A stretch of DNA of 64,000 nt from Leptogorgia sarmentosa (lineage: Eukaryota): contig OZ210885.1 of NCBI GenBank assembly GCA_964658305.1, positions 13,268,001-13,332,000 on the forward strand, written 5' to 3'. Under the pieces are notes generated by a model. It worked only from the letters and a program-made list of their open reading frames with translations, did no database searches and was not told the DNA's origin. Every line of letters begins with the position of its first letter. Position 1 is the first letter of the stretch. Below, in pieces: positions 26,501 to 37,202 of this stretch. Made by a program: the position numbers and the translations under genes.

Positions 26501-28141
26501 CCTGACAGGCCGTTTAATTCAGAATCTAGCTAATTTTATTCCTATTGGGATTTCCTCTCAATCTTTTGCGCTTGATTCCCAAGTTCCCAACGATGGAAAA
26601 ACTCAATTTCCAACGCCAGTTTTTAATTCGATTCTCACGATGTTGTATATTTGGGCAAACAGGAAAAAATGTTCGCAATACCCACGTTTCAAGAGGAAAC
26701 TTCATGCTGATCGTGGCGATCATGCCATCACGATTTCGTTCAAAAATCCAAATGAAGGAAGAAATTTCATTTTGCTTTCGCTGCTGTTATACGTAGTAAC
26801 ATAATCATGCGTTAAGGTAATCCTCCTCAATGTTGCTAAATGAAGTTTATCCAACCGTGACTCAAGGGATTTCTTAAGGAAAGGACAATACGTAGCAGAA
26901 GACAGCTTCAGATCTTTAGGCACACGAAGTGGCCAATATCCAATGTTTCCACTCCTATTAATAATCCTCTAACACCATTTAGCCTCTCATCCCCTTATAG
27001 CATTCCTAATGCAATCCTTTCCTCCAGCCACTCTGGAGTATCAAGTGTCGCCTTTGATTCGTCAGTAAAGAGATTGTTCTCTCATCCTCAAATATTTCTT
27101 TGCCCATTCCTTCTTCAAATGATCGTGTCAAGCAGTCAAAAGACAACATTTCTTCATATACTCTATGGAACCACAGGTTCACAATTGCGTGTGGTTTTTG
27201 CAACATCGACTAGACTAGCTTTATTAAAAATTTTCCACTTGTTGTTGAGGTATTTTACGCAACTTACTCGTTACTCAACTCGTATCCCGCGTTCACATTG
27301 GCGGCTTTAATAGCCACGATAAGCATGAATTTTCTCTTGAAACATGGATTTTGCAAAAATCTTGTCACTGTCACAACATCATCACAGTATACCGATACAG
27401 TAGTCCAACTCATTGTTTTTTTGTAAGCTGTATTCGTCACTCAGCAAGTGCCCTAAACAGAAGCAGTCACCCCCCTGAGTATTATTCATTTTGAGTATTG
27501 CCAGGGGGTGACTGCTTCTGTTTAGGGCACTTGCTGAGTGACGAATCATGACGAATACAGCTTACAAAAAAACAATGAGTTGGACTACTGTATCGGTATA
27601 CTGTGACATCATCGTCTAATCTTTCAAATATTGCTTTCGTTGTGTTGCCTATTGCTATTTCGTTTATAATAATGCCTTTCTTGGCTTAGGTTACGTCTTT
27701 TTTTACTTCCCATATTGCTCGGCAATTAATGAAACTAATGGCGTAGACCACCTCTTTTATGGAGGAACACCTGGATTTAGTTGTATTATGTGATGTCTAA
27801 TCCTCCAAATATGTAATGTACAATGCATTAAACTATAATACCGTTGGTCGCAGTGAGGTGTGTTTACCTTTGTAAAAGCACAACTTTCTCTGCATTCTTC
27901 TTCTGTTCTTATTGTATTCTTTTTCTGCGTTACAGCACGGTGTACCAATATTATGAAGTTCTTTATTCAAGCATCTTCCTTCCCAGTGCTTTACGTCATC
28001 TTCGAGCTGTTTTACGCTTTTTAGATGAAAAGCGATATCTTCATCACAAATGACCAGACTTGCACAAAAAGAAAACAGGATGAAGAGGCCAAGAATTATT
28101 TCCGTTGCAGTGAAAATCGAATTTTTTACCTTTTGATGCAT
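8258..28141 (-). CDS. Secreted mosaic protein, ~829 aa: SP / Cys-rich module / YWTD propeller / cbEGF / YWTD propeller / EGF / cbEGF / SRCR. Exons: 27868-28141, 26018-26402, 24766-25151, 20140-20265, 15338-15710, 11748-12136, 10297-10407, 9870-9998, 8258-8574
   Basis: All introns are GT-AG with compatible phases (1,2,1,1,2,1,1,1). Summed length is 2490 nt with no internal stop seen. Could instead be two genes (see findings). Confidence 0.75.
9120..9590 (-). mobile_element. Partial copy of the Helitron-like repeat
   Basis: Reverse complement matches the 5' half of 50225-51058. Confidence 0.7.
9870..9998 (-). CDS. Exon: calcium-binding EGF domain
   Basis: DIDECSSKPCGLHDNHNCTNFPGSYKCSCADGFMADPSERKCI; phase 1-1; tttag / gtatgt. 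Confidence 0.92.
10297..10407 (-). CDS. Exon: EGF-like domain with five Cys (not in the ORF track)
   Basis: VLKECSNVSCGPFGYWNKSSDSCECVVGFQGNKTNCT; phase 1-1; ttttcag / gtaaat. Confidence 0.85.
11748..12136 (-). CDS. Exon: second half of YWTD propeller 2
   Basis: GFLFWTE...RVYWME...IKSCDYGG...DSLYF; phase 2-1; tgtgtag / gtaagt. Confidence 0.88.
12695..13580. mobile_element. Partial or rearranged copy of the Helitron-like repeat
   Basis: Colinear with 18430-19530; an inverted 5'-end fragment lies at ~13465-13580. Confidence 0.65.
14852..15004. mobile_element. hAT-type MITE; a related degenerate copy lies at ~24573-24734
   Basis: TIR CAGTGGCGTCGCCAG; 8-bp TSD ACTGATGC / ACTGAGGC. Confidence 0.82.
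15338..15710 (-). CDS. Exon: first half of YWTD propeller 2
   Basis: GPTPYLLI...AMAVDPVEMKLYF...MAIDWFGRRIFWT...NLDG...PRGIAIDSLSG; phase 1-2. Confidence 0.9.
17104..17243. repeat. Long imperfect hairpin ending an unclassified interspersed repeat
   Basis: GTTATTTACCA..GTACTGGAAAA..GTCTCAAAAACG paired with CGTTTTTGAGAC..TTTTCCAGTAC..TGGTAAATAAC. Confidence 0.85.
17754..17900. repeat. Long imperfect hairpin
   Basis: TATCATTTATAGACCC..GGATTCGGCGTAATATTTCCC paired with GGGAAATATTACGCCGAATCC..GGGTCTATAAATGATA. Confidence 0.85.
18406..19633 (+). mobile_element. Second Helitron-like element (related subfamily), head-to-tail with the first; carries an insertion at ~18745-19115
   Basis: A|TCCCTGAGCCACGGCGCG... 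and ...GAGGGGTTGCTGCATGTATGTATTTCTAG|T. Confidence 0.78.
18975..19112. repeat. Long imperfect hairpin; related repeat copies at ~40910-41255 and ~3010-3110
   Basis: GAAATTACAC..AAGTATTAATGAAAAATTGCAC..GTGTTTGGCGAAATACCGC and its inverted arm. Confidence 0.85.
20140..20265 (-). CDS. Exon: calcium-binding EGF domain (not in the ORF track)
   Basis: DIDECLLSPCGPNATKNCTNIKGSYECSICEKGYLRDEKRCM; phase 1-1; tatttag / gtatgt. Confidence 0.9.
21782..21842 (-). CDS. Possible alternative signal-peptide exon
   Basis: MDFVVFCLSILSIVWSAKAL followed by a phase-1 donor G|gtaaac; in-frame TGA directly before the ATG. Confidence 0.4.
22946..23410. mobile_element. TIR element with an internal tRNA-like segment and TTAGGG-like tract; a 5'-truncated second copy lies at ~21027-21440
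   Basis: ~65-bp TIRs (ACCCGATATTTCTCAATTGAGAAC..AATGCCCACGCTGGACTATCG); the two copies are nearly identical over ~400 bp. Confidence 0.75.
24766..25151 (-). CDS. Exon: second half of YWTD propeller 1
   Basis: GYLFWTEYSAGRVQRMNL...LSLDYTNKRVYWI...SSDYEG; phase 2-1; paralogous to 11748-12136. Confidence 0.9.
26018..26402 (-). CDS. Exon: first half of YWTD propeller 1
   Basis: PEPYIFI...KLYFGD...ISRANLDGSGRE...MAIDWIGRRIFWT...GIAVDELAG; phase 1-2; paralogous to 15338-15710. Confidence 0.9.
26720..27713 (-). pseudogene. Decayed Tc1/mariner transposase in intron 1, split by a MITE
   Basis: Manual translation across stops and frameshifts: MGSKK..VTRFLQNP..EWAKKYLRM..LFTDESKATLD..KLSSATYCPFLKKSL..THD.., resembling Tc1 HTH and DDE regions (FTDES; HDNA-like). 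Confidence 0.75.
27383..27605. mobile_element. Near-perfect foldback MITE, P-element-like
   Basis: ~95-bp inverted arms CACAGTATACCGATACAG...; 7-bp TSD ACATCAT (27376-27382, 27606-27612); CA...TG termini. Confidence 0.8.
27868..28141 (-). CDS. First coding exon: signal peptide plus small Cys-rich module
   Basis: MHQKVKN..IILGLFILFSFCASLVIC|DED..WEGRCLNKELHNIGTPCCNAEKEYNKNRRRMQRKLCFYK; phase-1 donor gtaaac. Confidence 0.72.
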
Positions 28142-28523
28142 ACCAGTTCTGCAATGAAAAGTAAAAAGTTTATAATACAAACATTCATTTTCATACAATT
28201 GATGAGAATTCAAAAATACTATCAATTAAAATCAAGCCATAGAGATAGAACGATCTACTGTGCCATACTATATTATGAAAATAACACCTATAGCTTGCTA
28301 GGTTATCATTTTATAGCTTTGACGATATAGGAAACGTTAACTTTAGTGTTCATGCATTCGTTTCATATAAATTTTTCCCAATATCGGTTCGAGGACATTG
28401 AGGAGAAATGAGAACTATTGGGCTCGACATTTCGCTGTCAACGAAGGTGAATGGTATTGCTCAAAAAAGACCAATATGTTATCCACCTTTTCTGACCACA
28501 ATCCCAATCAGGTAGTAAACGAG

Positions 28524-29774
28524 CAGGGGCGGATCTAGGGGTAGTCAGATTAGTCACGCGACTAACGTAAAAACAAAGGCATGGGGGAAAAATTTGGACC
28601 AAGGTTTCGAAATTATTTTCCGACTGATTGAAACTCTTCTCAAATTTCAATTACGCAATACGCAGTCAAAATCCATCACACTCCAGCGTCCAAATTCGAT
28701 CAGTTTTTGCACATTTTGAGCCAGCGATTGATTAGTCAACCGATTAGTCAAATAAGCGGTATTCGAATGAGAATTGACTAATCTGCGTTTTAGATCATGT
28801 AATTTGATTGGTCCAATTTGCTCTAGCCACACATTACGGGCGTGTTGATTGGTCAAAAAGATTTTGACTAATCATTGCGAAATTTTGACTAAAGCACGTG
28901 GATTTTTTTACTAATCCAGCAGTTAGATGGAGGGTTGTGATTGGATTATTTTGCGCAAAGTAAGGTAAAGAACGTCTCCTCTGATTGGCTTCTTGTAACA
29001 TTGTTGATATCTCATATCAATACAATAACAAGTTAACAACATAAATTTTCGAATTGAAAATGTTAGGATTTCGCAGCCGATGAAATGTTGATTTCGCGTG
29101 CATCGGATGAGTTTCGGCGTAGATTTCCTTTATATCTCAACAGACCAAGAGATGTATGTATATATGGCGATAATAAGGTAATGCCGTTAGCATTTTAACA
29201 AATCGTTCGATTGAAAGGTTAAACTGCGTTCATAATTACATATAAATACTTATGTGTTTATATTATACTAATCGAGTAATCGTTGAATCGTATTAAAATT
29301 CAGCCTTCAGGTTGCTAATAGTAGCTTTGATATGTAATGTATCTTCGGTCTGTAACACTTTATGCAAGATATATTCGAAGACACCTTTGTCTTCTAAATT
29401 TGATCTTTTGAGGTGAAGTCTATGAACACCTCAAGGCCGAGTAGCGGAAATTTGACAGCGTTGGATATAAATTACGAAAATATTTATCACACAGTTTAAT
29501 TCGCAGGTGGCTGAACAGCAAATTACCGATATATATACTTAGAGCATGGTTGAATTATGGAAAATGGAGAAACGAAAGAATGTGCTTTATGTTAAAACAT
29601 GCTCTGCATTTGCATAACTTACGCTATTTACGCGCGCGTGGTAGCATATTATTATCTGCGCCTGTTGCTTGATCATATATGAAACTACTGTCATGACGTC
29701 ATCAATTACGTCATCAGGACATATGACGTCACAGAATTTTGACTAACATACGAAAAATCCTAGATCCGCCCCTG
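28524..29774. mobile_element. Non-autonomous hAT element
   Basis: TIR CAGGGGCGGATCTAGG; perfect 8-bp TSD TAAACGAG; repeated TTAGTC/GACTAA subterminal motifs. Confidence 0.9.
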
Positions 29775-30094
29775 TAAACGAGGGCATGGTAATAGTATCT
29801 TAACAGGAAAGATGGAAAAAAACCCAACAACAAACAGCGTCCAAATAGTCTCATTCGGTTGATGACGGACATAACATTGATGATGAACCGTTTGATGTTG
29901 AGATGTAGCAACGAAACGTTAGCAATAAATTTTATATAAAACTGAATGATTTTAATATGTATGCATTAAAAATCGTTTGCTGGGCACTAATATTCATATT
30001 TAAATTATTAAATTCGGTTCGCATAGGGTATATGTTGAATTATTAAGACCTGCGCCACCGCCTGAATAATTCCTCATTTAGTATACATGTAAAT

Positions 30095-30935
30095 AATTCA
30101 AATAAGTTCGTTTGTATTTCCTTTCGTCATGCGTACTTGAAGATAAAAGAATCCTTAAATCTATCAGTCCTATAACCGTTGGAAGATTATATTTCCTATG
30201 ATTGTTCTGAAGGTATAAACAGTCTTATTCATTTCTGGTAAAAGTTCGTGAAGTTTGTGGTCTTCTACGGTCGTTTAGTCTTTCTAGGTTTCCCATTTCC
30301 AACGCTTCTTCATAATCCACGTAAGGGTAAATAATTCTTAGGGCTCTTTTTTGAGTTCGTTCGATCTCTTTTGATAGATAGTTAGGAAGGCCTGAGTGAA
30401 AGGCCCGACAAGCGTACTCGAGGACAGATCTGATACAGGCGCAGTAGAATTTGATCAATGAATATCTACAATCAGTGACAAAACACTTTGGACACCCTCT
30501 CAAAATAGCGTGTGGGTGCAACTTAGATAACCCCCCGCACCCCCCTTACAATGTTGAGGGGAAAATTTATCGGCCAAAATGTTGCTCAATGACCACGAAC
30601 ATTGTTCTGCGTGGGGGGAGGGATACAGCTTATACACCCAGACACATTGTATATTGTTTAGTCACCTGCAAAAGTAGCTACTGTCCATAACCTTTTTGTC
30701 ACTGATTGCACATTCGCACGTTTTAATTGTTTTCTGGGGATAAAGTCGTTTGGAGGCTTTTTCTAAAATATTTGCCACATGGACATTCCATTTTATATCA
30801 TCGGTAATAATCATCTCTAAGATTTTTGCGGATGTTGCCACTTCGAAATGTTTATCATTTACTTTGACTGGTTCGTCTGTGAAAGAGTCTTTAGTAAGAC
30901 TTATTCTAGGTTTTTTACATTTCCCAATATTTAAC
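30095..30935 (-). mobile_element. Truncated non-LTR retrotransposon (C-terminal part of RT ORF; L2/CR1-group-like), interrupted by a MITE
   Basis: SAKILEMIITDDIKWNVHV..KASKRLY..FYCACIRSVLEYAC..IERTQKRALRIIYP. Confidence 0.85.
30469..30708. mobile_element. MITE inserted in the LINE fragment
   Basis: TIR CAATCAGTGACAAAA / TTTTGTCACTGATTG. Confidence 0.75.
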
Positions 30936-31271
30936 TAACATCAAGTAACACTAAGTTCGATGTCGGATTGCGTGAAGTCTACTCATTTCTAACCTATCCT
31001 TAATAGCAACATCTCTTCTGCACCTCTATCTATTTTAATCACTAATCCCACTCGAACTTGACCTGGTTAAATGATACAACGGCAATGACTAACGTCATTC
31101 CAAACTTTTGACACAATGTTTGGCCTGACTTATTTCTTATTCGTGCTTTTAAATTTGAATAATAACCGGGTTTTTTCTATAATCATGTGTATATAAATGC
31201 ACCTTGCATATTTTATAATTATATAATTTTATACATGTAGCTATATTATTATGGCTAATAGCTATCTGTAA

Positions 31272-31333
31272 GGCCCGTTTTAGACGTCGAATTTCCGTCG
31301 CACGGACAGAAAAATTGACGTTTAAAACGGGCC
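31272..31333. mobile_element. 62-bp Harbinger-type MITE
   Basis: GGCCCGTTTTAGACGTC..GACGTTTAAAACGGGCC; TAA TSD; TIR related to 1242-1383. Confidence 0.75.
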
Positions 31334-32760
31334 TAACTGAATTTTTAACAATTTAATGGAAGTACGCAAGTAGATCGAGCAACAATTGTGAATAAACCAA
31401 AGGTCAATTTTTCTTGATTATGGGTTAGCACGGCATTTCACATTTGATATATGTTTACTGAATTTCCTTCATCTCTATCTTCTCCTTCAGATGCAAAATT
31501 ATTGATGAATATACATCATAATAACTGAATTGAAAAGAGTATTCATAAAACATTGCAAAAAATTAATAAATGAGATCGAAGAATCGAAAAAATTAGCAAC
31601 TTTTTATACCTTTTAAGACGTATTCCTTCGTTGATATAGATGACAAACTTCGTAGAACGGTTATTCAGCGCATTCATATGCACGTCTATACTCTAGATAT
31701 AGGTCTAATGTGTCTAATGATCACTGTTACCTGAATTTTTAACAACTTAATGGCCTAAATGAAGCATGAATTGCCCATAAATACAACAGCTTGCTTCAGC
31801 TGGGGTTATGTTAACATTTTTTTTCCGGTCCATGCCTTTTAGCCAATCAGATTGCTTCGTTTGCGGTCCGATTTTTCACCGTACGGACCGCTAACGGTTT
31901 TTTAAAATGCAAACATGGAAACAACGCAATTTTGTTCATTTATTGACAAAACTTGTGAAACAATATGGATAGCGATAATGAAAGCTATCACAGTGAAAGT
32001 GAGTTTTATTATCCTGACGAATTAAACATGGAAAACGAACAGAATGCCAACAACACTCAAGTTTTGCCGAGAAACGACAGCATTGATGACAAAATTAGAC
32101 AGTTCATTGTTTTGGTTATTTAAGTGACTCACCAAATATGGCTTGCTTTCTACGATAAATTGAAAAGTATTGTCATAAAATTTCGAATTTATAATGTATG
32201 ACGTATGCAATTCACACGCACAAATATAATTTTGTCAATAAAATTGTAAAAATTCCGCCAAATTCTTGAATATACACGCTTGCTTTACCAAATTTTTTTT
32301 TAAAATTTTATGATTGTATACCGGACCAAACATTATATAAAGCCGTTTACACTATAGACAATTTACACAAAAACTCATAAAATTCCCTTAAAATGACACC
32401 TAGTAATTTTTCTACTATTCGGATCCAGTAATTGCTTGGTAGGCATTGTAAGAAGTGTAAATAATGGCAACTGCTTGTCTTGTTTTGCTCAATAAACATT
32501 CTTGCACAAATGCGTTACCTGGCTAACCACATGGAGCTCTGCCTGCCTATTTTTATTAATTTCTTGATTTTGACCCTTTATAATTTTATTGGTTAAGAGT
32601 GTATCCCTTTTGTAATTGAAATAACAAGTTCGCTTTCGCTTTCATTTTGTTCTTGGATCAATTTCTGTCAATTAACTCCGAATTGCAAAATTGGATGGTG
32701 GAAGAGAATGGTAATAAATTTGGGGACCTTAAAATAACCTTTAAATCTTCTGTCCAATAT

Positions 32761-32832
32761 AGGTTCTGCCGAGACTTGAACTCGGACAGATAGATTCAAA
32801 GTCCAAAGTGCTAACCATTACACCACAGAACC
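32761..32832 (-). tRNA. tRNA-Gln: tRNA-Gln(TTG), diverged, possibly a pseudogene
   Basis: GGTTCTGTGGTGTAATGGTTAGCAC..CT-TTG-AA..GAGTTCAAGTCTCGGCAGAACCT; anticodon stem has mismatches. Confidence 0.8.
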
Positions 32833-32943
32833 TTAACACGTTAGTGTCAAAGGTCCGATTTGTTTAACGTTTCTTCATTTCTTTGATAGAGAAAGTTCTT
32901 TAAACGTTGTAGGTGTTTATTAAAGGGAGATGATGTTGTCACA

Positions 32944-33025
32944 GGTAGCGTGGCCGAGTGGTCTAAGGCGCTGGTTTAAGGCACCAGTCATTTCGATGAC
33001 GTGGGTTCGAATCCCACCGCTGCCA
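32944..33025 (+). tRNA. tRNA-Leu: tRNA-Leu(AAG)
   Basis: 82-nt canonical body; CTGGT-TTAAGGC-ACCAG anticodon arm; GGTTCGAATCC. Confidence 0.93.
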
Positions 33026-33261
33026 AATTTTGGTTGTTCAAGGACGTTGTGGTTTATTGAGCTGATATAAGTTTCAAAACGTGTTGCTTCTTATCCAAAC
33101 TTTGTGAAAACTCGTAACTCTGACTCAAGATCCGAGGGTTAAGTGTTCAATTCATTTCAAGGTCAAGCACTTCTGGCCACGATGTCTCGCGAAATTTTCT
33201 TCCAAATTCAAATTAAAAATATTATCGTTATTTTCACATTCCGAGAAAAGATAAATGTTTG

Positions 33262-33333
33262 ACCCATGTGGTCCAGTGGTCAGGATCTGGCGCTCTCACC
33301 GCCAAGGCCCGGGTTCGATTCTCGGCATGGGAA
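33262..33333 (+). tRNA. tRNA-Glu: tRNA-Glu(CTC), slightly diverged
   Basis: TGGCG-CTCTCAC-CGCCA arm; GGTTCGATTC. Confidence 0.88.
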
Positions 33334-33475
33334 TAATACTTGCGAGAGATGGAAGAAATATGCAATTCGAGAATTTGCTGATCATGTTTAAAGTGTAACA
33401 ATTGTAAAGTGTTTGGTGAAAATGTTCGGCACTTTGTGGAATATGAACATTATAACGAAAGAATTGGGGATCTTT

Positions 33476-33546
33476 GCGTTGGTGGTTCAGTGGTAGAATT
33501 CTCGCCTGCCACGCGGGAGACCTGGGCTCGATTCCCTGCAATAGTG
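33476..33546 (+). pseudogene. tRNA-Gly: tRNA-Gly(GCC) pseudogene
   Basis: Canonical 5' two-thirds (TGGTTCAGTGGTAGAATTCTCGCCTGCCACGCGGG); T-arm and acceptor 3' strand degenerate. Confidence 0.8.
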
Positions 33547-33984
33547 TAGCGAAACTGTGCAACTTTAAAGTTATTTCAGATAGTAATCTTAACGATATAT
33601 TACACAATCTTTCAAATATGTAAATTCGCTATACACAGATGTTTTATTTGAATATTTAATATATCTCGAGAACGAGAAGAGATATGACAAATTTATTCTA
33701 TCCCTTTGCGAGTTCTTTCAACTAAAACAAAAATCAGAATAACGAAAATTTCGTTCCATAGGCACTTTAAATGTCTTTAATTTCTGCGGAATGGGAATGT
33801 TTTCGCACCAATGCCAAAAATTTCCACACATTTTTATCAATTTTGGAATTGTTCAATTATTTTTTCGCCTTTCTGTTCCATACATGTGGTCGTGCGTTCG
33901 AATCCCACACCTGTCAAGGTGTATGTAACATGTGATAACCACTACACTACGGATATGACCTATGCGCATAAATAGAAATATAAA

Positions 33985-35873
33985 CTAGAAATACATATAT
34001 GCAGCAACCCCTCACCATACTCGCAAAAAATGCAACTATATTTTTGGAACATGAAGTACTTTTAGTAAAGCAGTCAGAGGTTGTTGTCATGGCAACACGA
34101 TCGGAATTCATATTTGTGTATTTTTTGGAAAACAGTCGAAATATCAGCTTCTATCTTTGTTTTATTGGCATTTTTTTTAATTTGGAGAATCATTTGTTAA
34201 CCGTACGTTATTATGACTAATATAAACTTGAATTTGGTGCGAAATACTAGCTACATTTATTTGCATACAACGTTTTAAATATTCAAGTCAGTCTTTGATA
34301 TGAAACGATTTCCAGCCAGACTCCAGTGTTCGCTTGTTAATATTTTGTGCAGTCTTGCATTTAAAAACATAAACTTATACTCTGGAATGGCCGTCAATTG
34401 ATTAAAGGTGGGTTACAGTCCCTTCTGCGCATGTGCGCTGAGTTTGTTATGAGTAGGCTACTCATGTTACAATCATAACAAGTTCCCAGTCCTACAGAGT
34501 AGTAACAACACGCGCGGCCGTGGGCTGCAAGGAGCGATGGCTAATTCAGGCCCGTCAAGTTCCGCAAAAAACCCTTCAAATACTAAGCGTCTTTGCATAT
34601 CTGACGCTAGAAATGTATATGACAAGAAAAGAGACGCATCTTTCGAGAGGTGGAGAGCGTTCAAACAAGAACGCATCCTGAAGACTGACCAGAATGTGGC
34701 AGATTTCTGCTCGATAATACGCACGCAGAAACACGTTATGGTGAGTGTGTTGATAATATAACTAAACCTTCGACCTTTTATGATGATTTTACGCTTTTGG
34801 CCTTTGTCTTCACAAGAACAATCAACCCCTATTTGTAATTCATATATTATATTCATATAGCTTTAACGAATATTGAATAAGTTTTGGGGTATTCTTACAA
34901 ATACAAATTGACATGTAATCGTAATGACTTAGGGGCGAATCGACTTGGGGGCGAAACGACTAGATTGCACACCAAATACATATAAAATATGTAAAGGGAA
35001 GTACATTCATGCGTAAAATCATCATAAAAGGTCAAAGGTTTAGTTATATTATCAACACACTCACCATAACGTGTTTCTCCGTGCGTAATGATCGAGCAGA
35101 AAATCTGCCACATTCTGGTCAGTCTATCAGGCTGCGTTCTTGTTTGAACGCTCTCCACCTCTCGAAAGCTTCGAATAAAAATATCTTAGATGCGTCTCTT
35201 CTCTTGCGCTTAGTATTTGAAGGGTTTTTCTGCGGAACTTGACGCGCCTGGATCAGCCATCGCTCCTGGCAGCCCACGACAGTGAAAACATTAGGCGGCC
35301 GCGCGTGTTGTTATTACTCTGTAGGACTGGGAACTTGTTATGATTGTAACATGAGTTGCCTACTCATAACAAACTCAGCGCACATGCGCAGAAGGGACTG
35401 TAACCCACCTTTAATGGTGGCTACGGCCGGCGACCTTTCATGCAAATAGTAAATATACGCAAAACAAAAGTTCACTGCCGACAATATATTGACGAACTTA
35501 TCCTGTGTTTCAATCGATGGTCGTTTCGTCCCATTTCTCAGCGTTTTATATCTTCCGAGAAGGCTTTTAAAGTCTTACGCGCAGATCTTTTCTTTGTTTT
35601 CCTCTTTCCAAAGCTTTAAGAAGCTCCTTGGAAGCATGAAAGCTTTAAAAAGCTTCGGCTCTTCATGATAGTCCGCCATATTTTTGAGATCAGTGATGAC
35701 CACCCTTCGATGATGATTGATGACCCAAAATGGCGGCCAAATCGAGTAACTTTGGACTCCGCTACGCTGCCCTATACCCGGGTGCAAATAGCCGTGCGGA
35801 ATTATTACCCTCGGAATTATTACCCTCGCCCCGGGCTAACGCCCGGACGGCGCTTCGCGCCGTGGCTCGGGGA
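33985..35873 (-). mobile_element. Complete Helitron-like element inserted next to a tRNA-Val fragment and split by a foldback element
   Basis: Reverse complement of the 50225-51058 family with A|TC and CTAG|T ends; a similar empty site is visible at ~36045-36070. Confidence 0.82.
34406..35410. mobile_element. Kolobok-like foldback element with ~390-bp inverted arms
   Basis: TTAA|AGGTGGGTTACAGTCCC...GGGACTGTAACCCACCT|TTAA. Confidence 0.85.
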
Positions 35874-35958
35874 TATGTATCCACTTTAATTAATTTTTCT
35901 GTTTTTTATTGAAAAAATCCAAAGAAAAAATATTTCCACTTAAAAGAGCTCATATGTA

Positions 35959-36030
35959 TGTTTCCGCCCAGGTTCGAACTGAGACCTTGCGCGTGTTAAG
36001 CGCATGTGATAACCGCTACACTACGGAAAC
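35959..36030 (-). tRNA. tRNA-Val: tRNA-Val(AAC), 1-nt deletion
   Basis: GTTTCCGTAGTGTAGCGGTTATCAC..TT-AAC-AC..GGCGGAAACA. Confidence 0.82.
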
Positions 36031-36196
36031 TGACCCATGCGCAAACGTAGAAATAGATGTATTCACTTCAATTAGATAACTATTATCCGAAATTTGTAGT
36101 GCCATTTCGTGGTTCCAATATAACTATTTCCAAATAACAAATTTAAAATTAAAGCAGTAACACTTTCCTCCCGCAGTCGCTGAATTATTGATTCCT

Positions 36197-36269
36197 TGTT
36201 TCTGCCTAGGATTGAACTGGGGACCTTGCGCGTGTGAGGCGCACGTGATAACCACTACACTATGGAAAC
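36197..36269 (-). tRNA. tRNA-Val: tRNA-Val(CAC), diverged
   Basis: Val body, loop CT-CAC-AC; acceptor-stem substitutions. Confidence 0.8.
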
Positions 36270-36437
36270 GAATTGGAAGAAAATTACAAAACAGAGACAA
36301 AGTTCTGGAGAAGTAAAGCGATGCAACAAAAAAATCCAATAAAATGTGTACCTCCGTCACTTATTCGGCTCACGTCAATTGTCAAGAGAAAATCAGAACG
36401 GGATGTGGCATGTTGAAGGTAGCAAAGAATAAGCGAA

Positions 36438-36551
36438 CGAGCGGTCTAAGGCGCCAGACTCAAGTGCAAAAACTTGTCACGATCAACCCTGACATAATAA
36501 GGGCGTTCTGGTCCACACATGTGGTCGTGGGTTCGAATCCCACTCCTGACA
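36438..36551 (+). pseudogene. tRNA-Leu: 5'-truncated intron-containing tRNA-Leu(CAA)
   Basis: Lacks GTCAGGATGGC; otherwise matches 60927-61050. Confidence 0.85.
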
Positions 36552-36693
36552 ACAAATTAACAAAAAAATTGAGAACATTTCTTTTCAGAGCCGATCTATT
36601 TACGCAAATTCGATATCACCAAGAAGTGTTTCTGGTTTTTTACTGAAAAATTCCAATGAAAAAAATTTCTCCATTTAAAAAATCTCATATGAT

Positions 36694-36766
36694 TGTTTCC
36701 GCCCAGGTTCGAACTGAGGACCTTGCGCGTGTGAGGCGCACGTGATAACCACTACCCTACGGAAAC
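36694..36766 (-). tRNA. tRNA-Val: tRNA-Val(CAC)
   Basis: 73-nt Val body, loop CT-CAC-AC. Confidence 0.85.
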
Positions 36767-36853
36767 GAATTGGAAGAAAGTTACAAAACAGAGTCAAAGT
36801 TTCGGAGATGTGAATCGATGCAACAAAAAGTATGAAGCAATTAAAGGCCATGT

Positions 36854-36926
36854 AGGTCCTAGCCAGATTTAAACTGGGATCCTTCCAGTGTGAGACGCAT
36901 GCAGTGACCAGTGCACCACACGAAAT
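36854..36926 (-). pseudogene. Highly decayed tRNA-Val-like relic; also at ~37879-37951 and partially at ~38263
   Basis: Residual CT-CAC-AC loop and CCCAGTTTAAATCTGG T-arm. Confidence 0.5.
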
Positions 36927-37202
36927 GCATAGCAATTCCTCAATTTCACCGTCGAAAACGCTAACAAGATAATACAAAAAATAACATAAACACAGTATTT
37001 CCGGTGACCATTCAAATTTCCCAATGGCATTAAAATCGTTTGATTTTAATGGAGATTATAGAAAAAATTGTAATAAAATAATGTGTACCTCTTTCACGTA
37101 TTTGGGTCAGGTAAATTCTCAAGGGAAAGAATTAGAACGGGGTGTGGCATGTTGAAGGTATCAAAGAATAAATGCGGGAGCAAATTTCGTCTTTTCATGC
37201 GT

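Noticed and set aside
27006..27300. Tyrosine recombinase remnant (SKLRK..HRVY resemblance)
   Set aside because: Flanking frames give Tc1 motifs (EWAKKY, LFTDES), which explain the region better.
8258..28141. Calling the gene LRP4/5/6 or DMBT1
   Set aside because: Shares modules only; no LDLa, TM, CUB or ZP domains.
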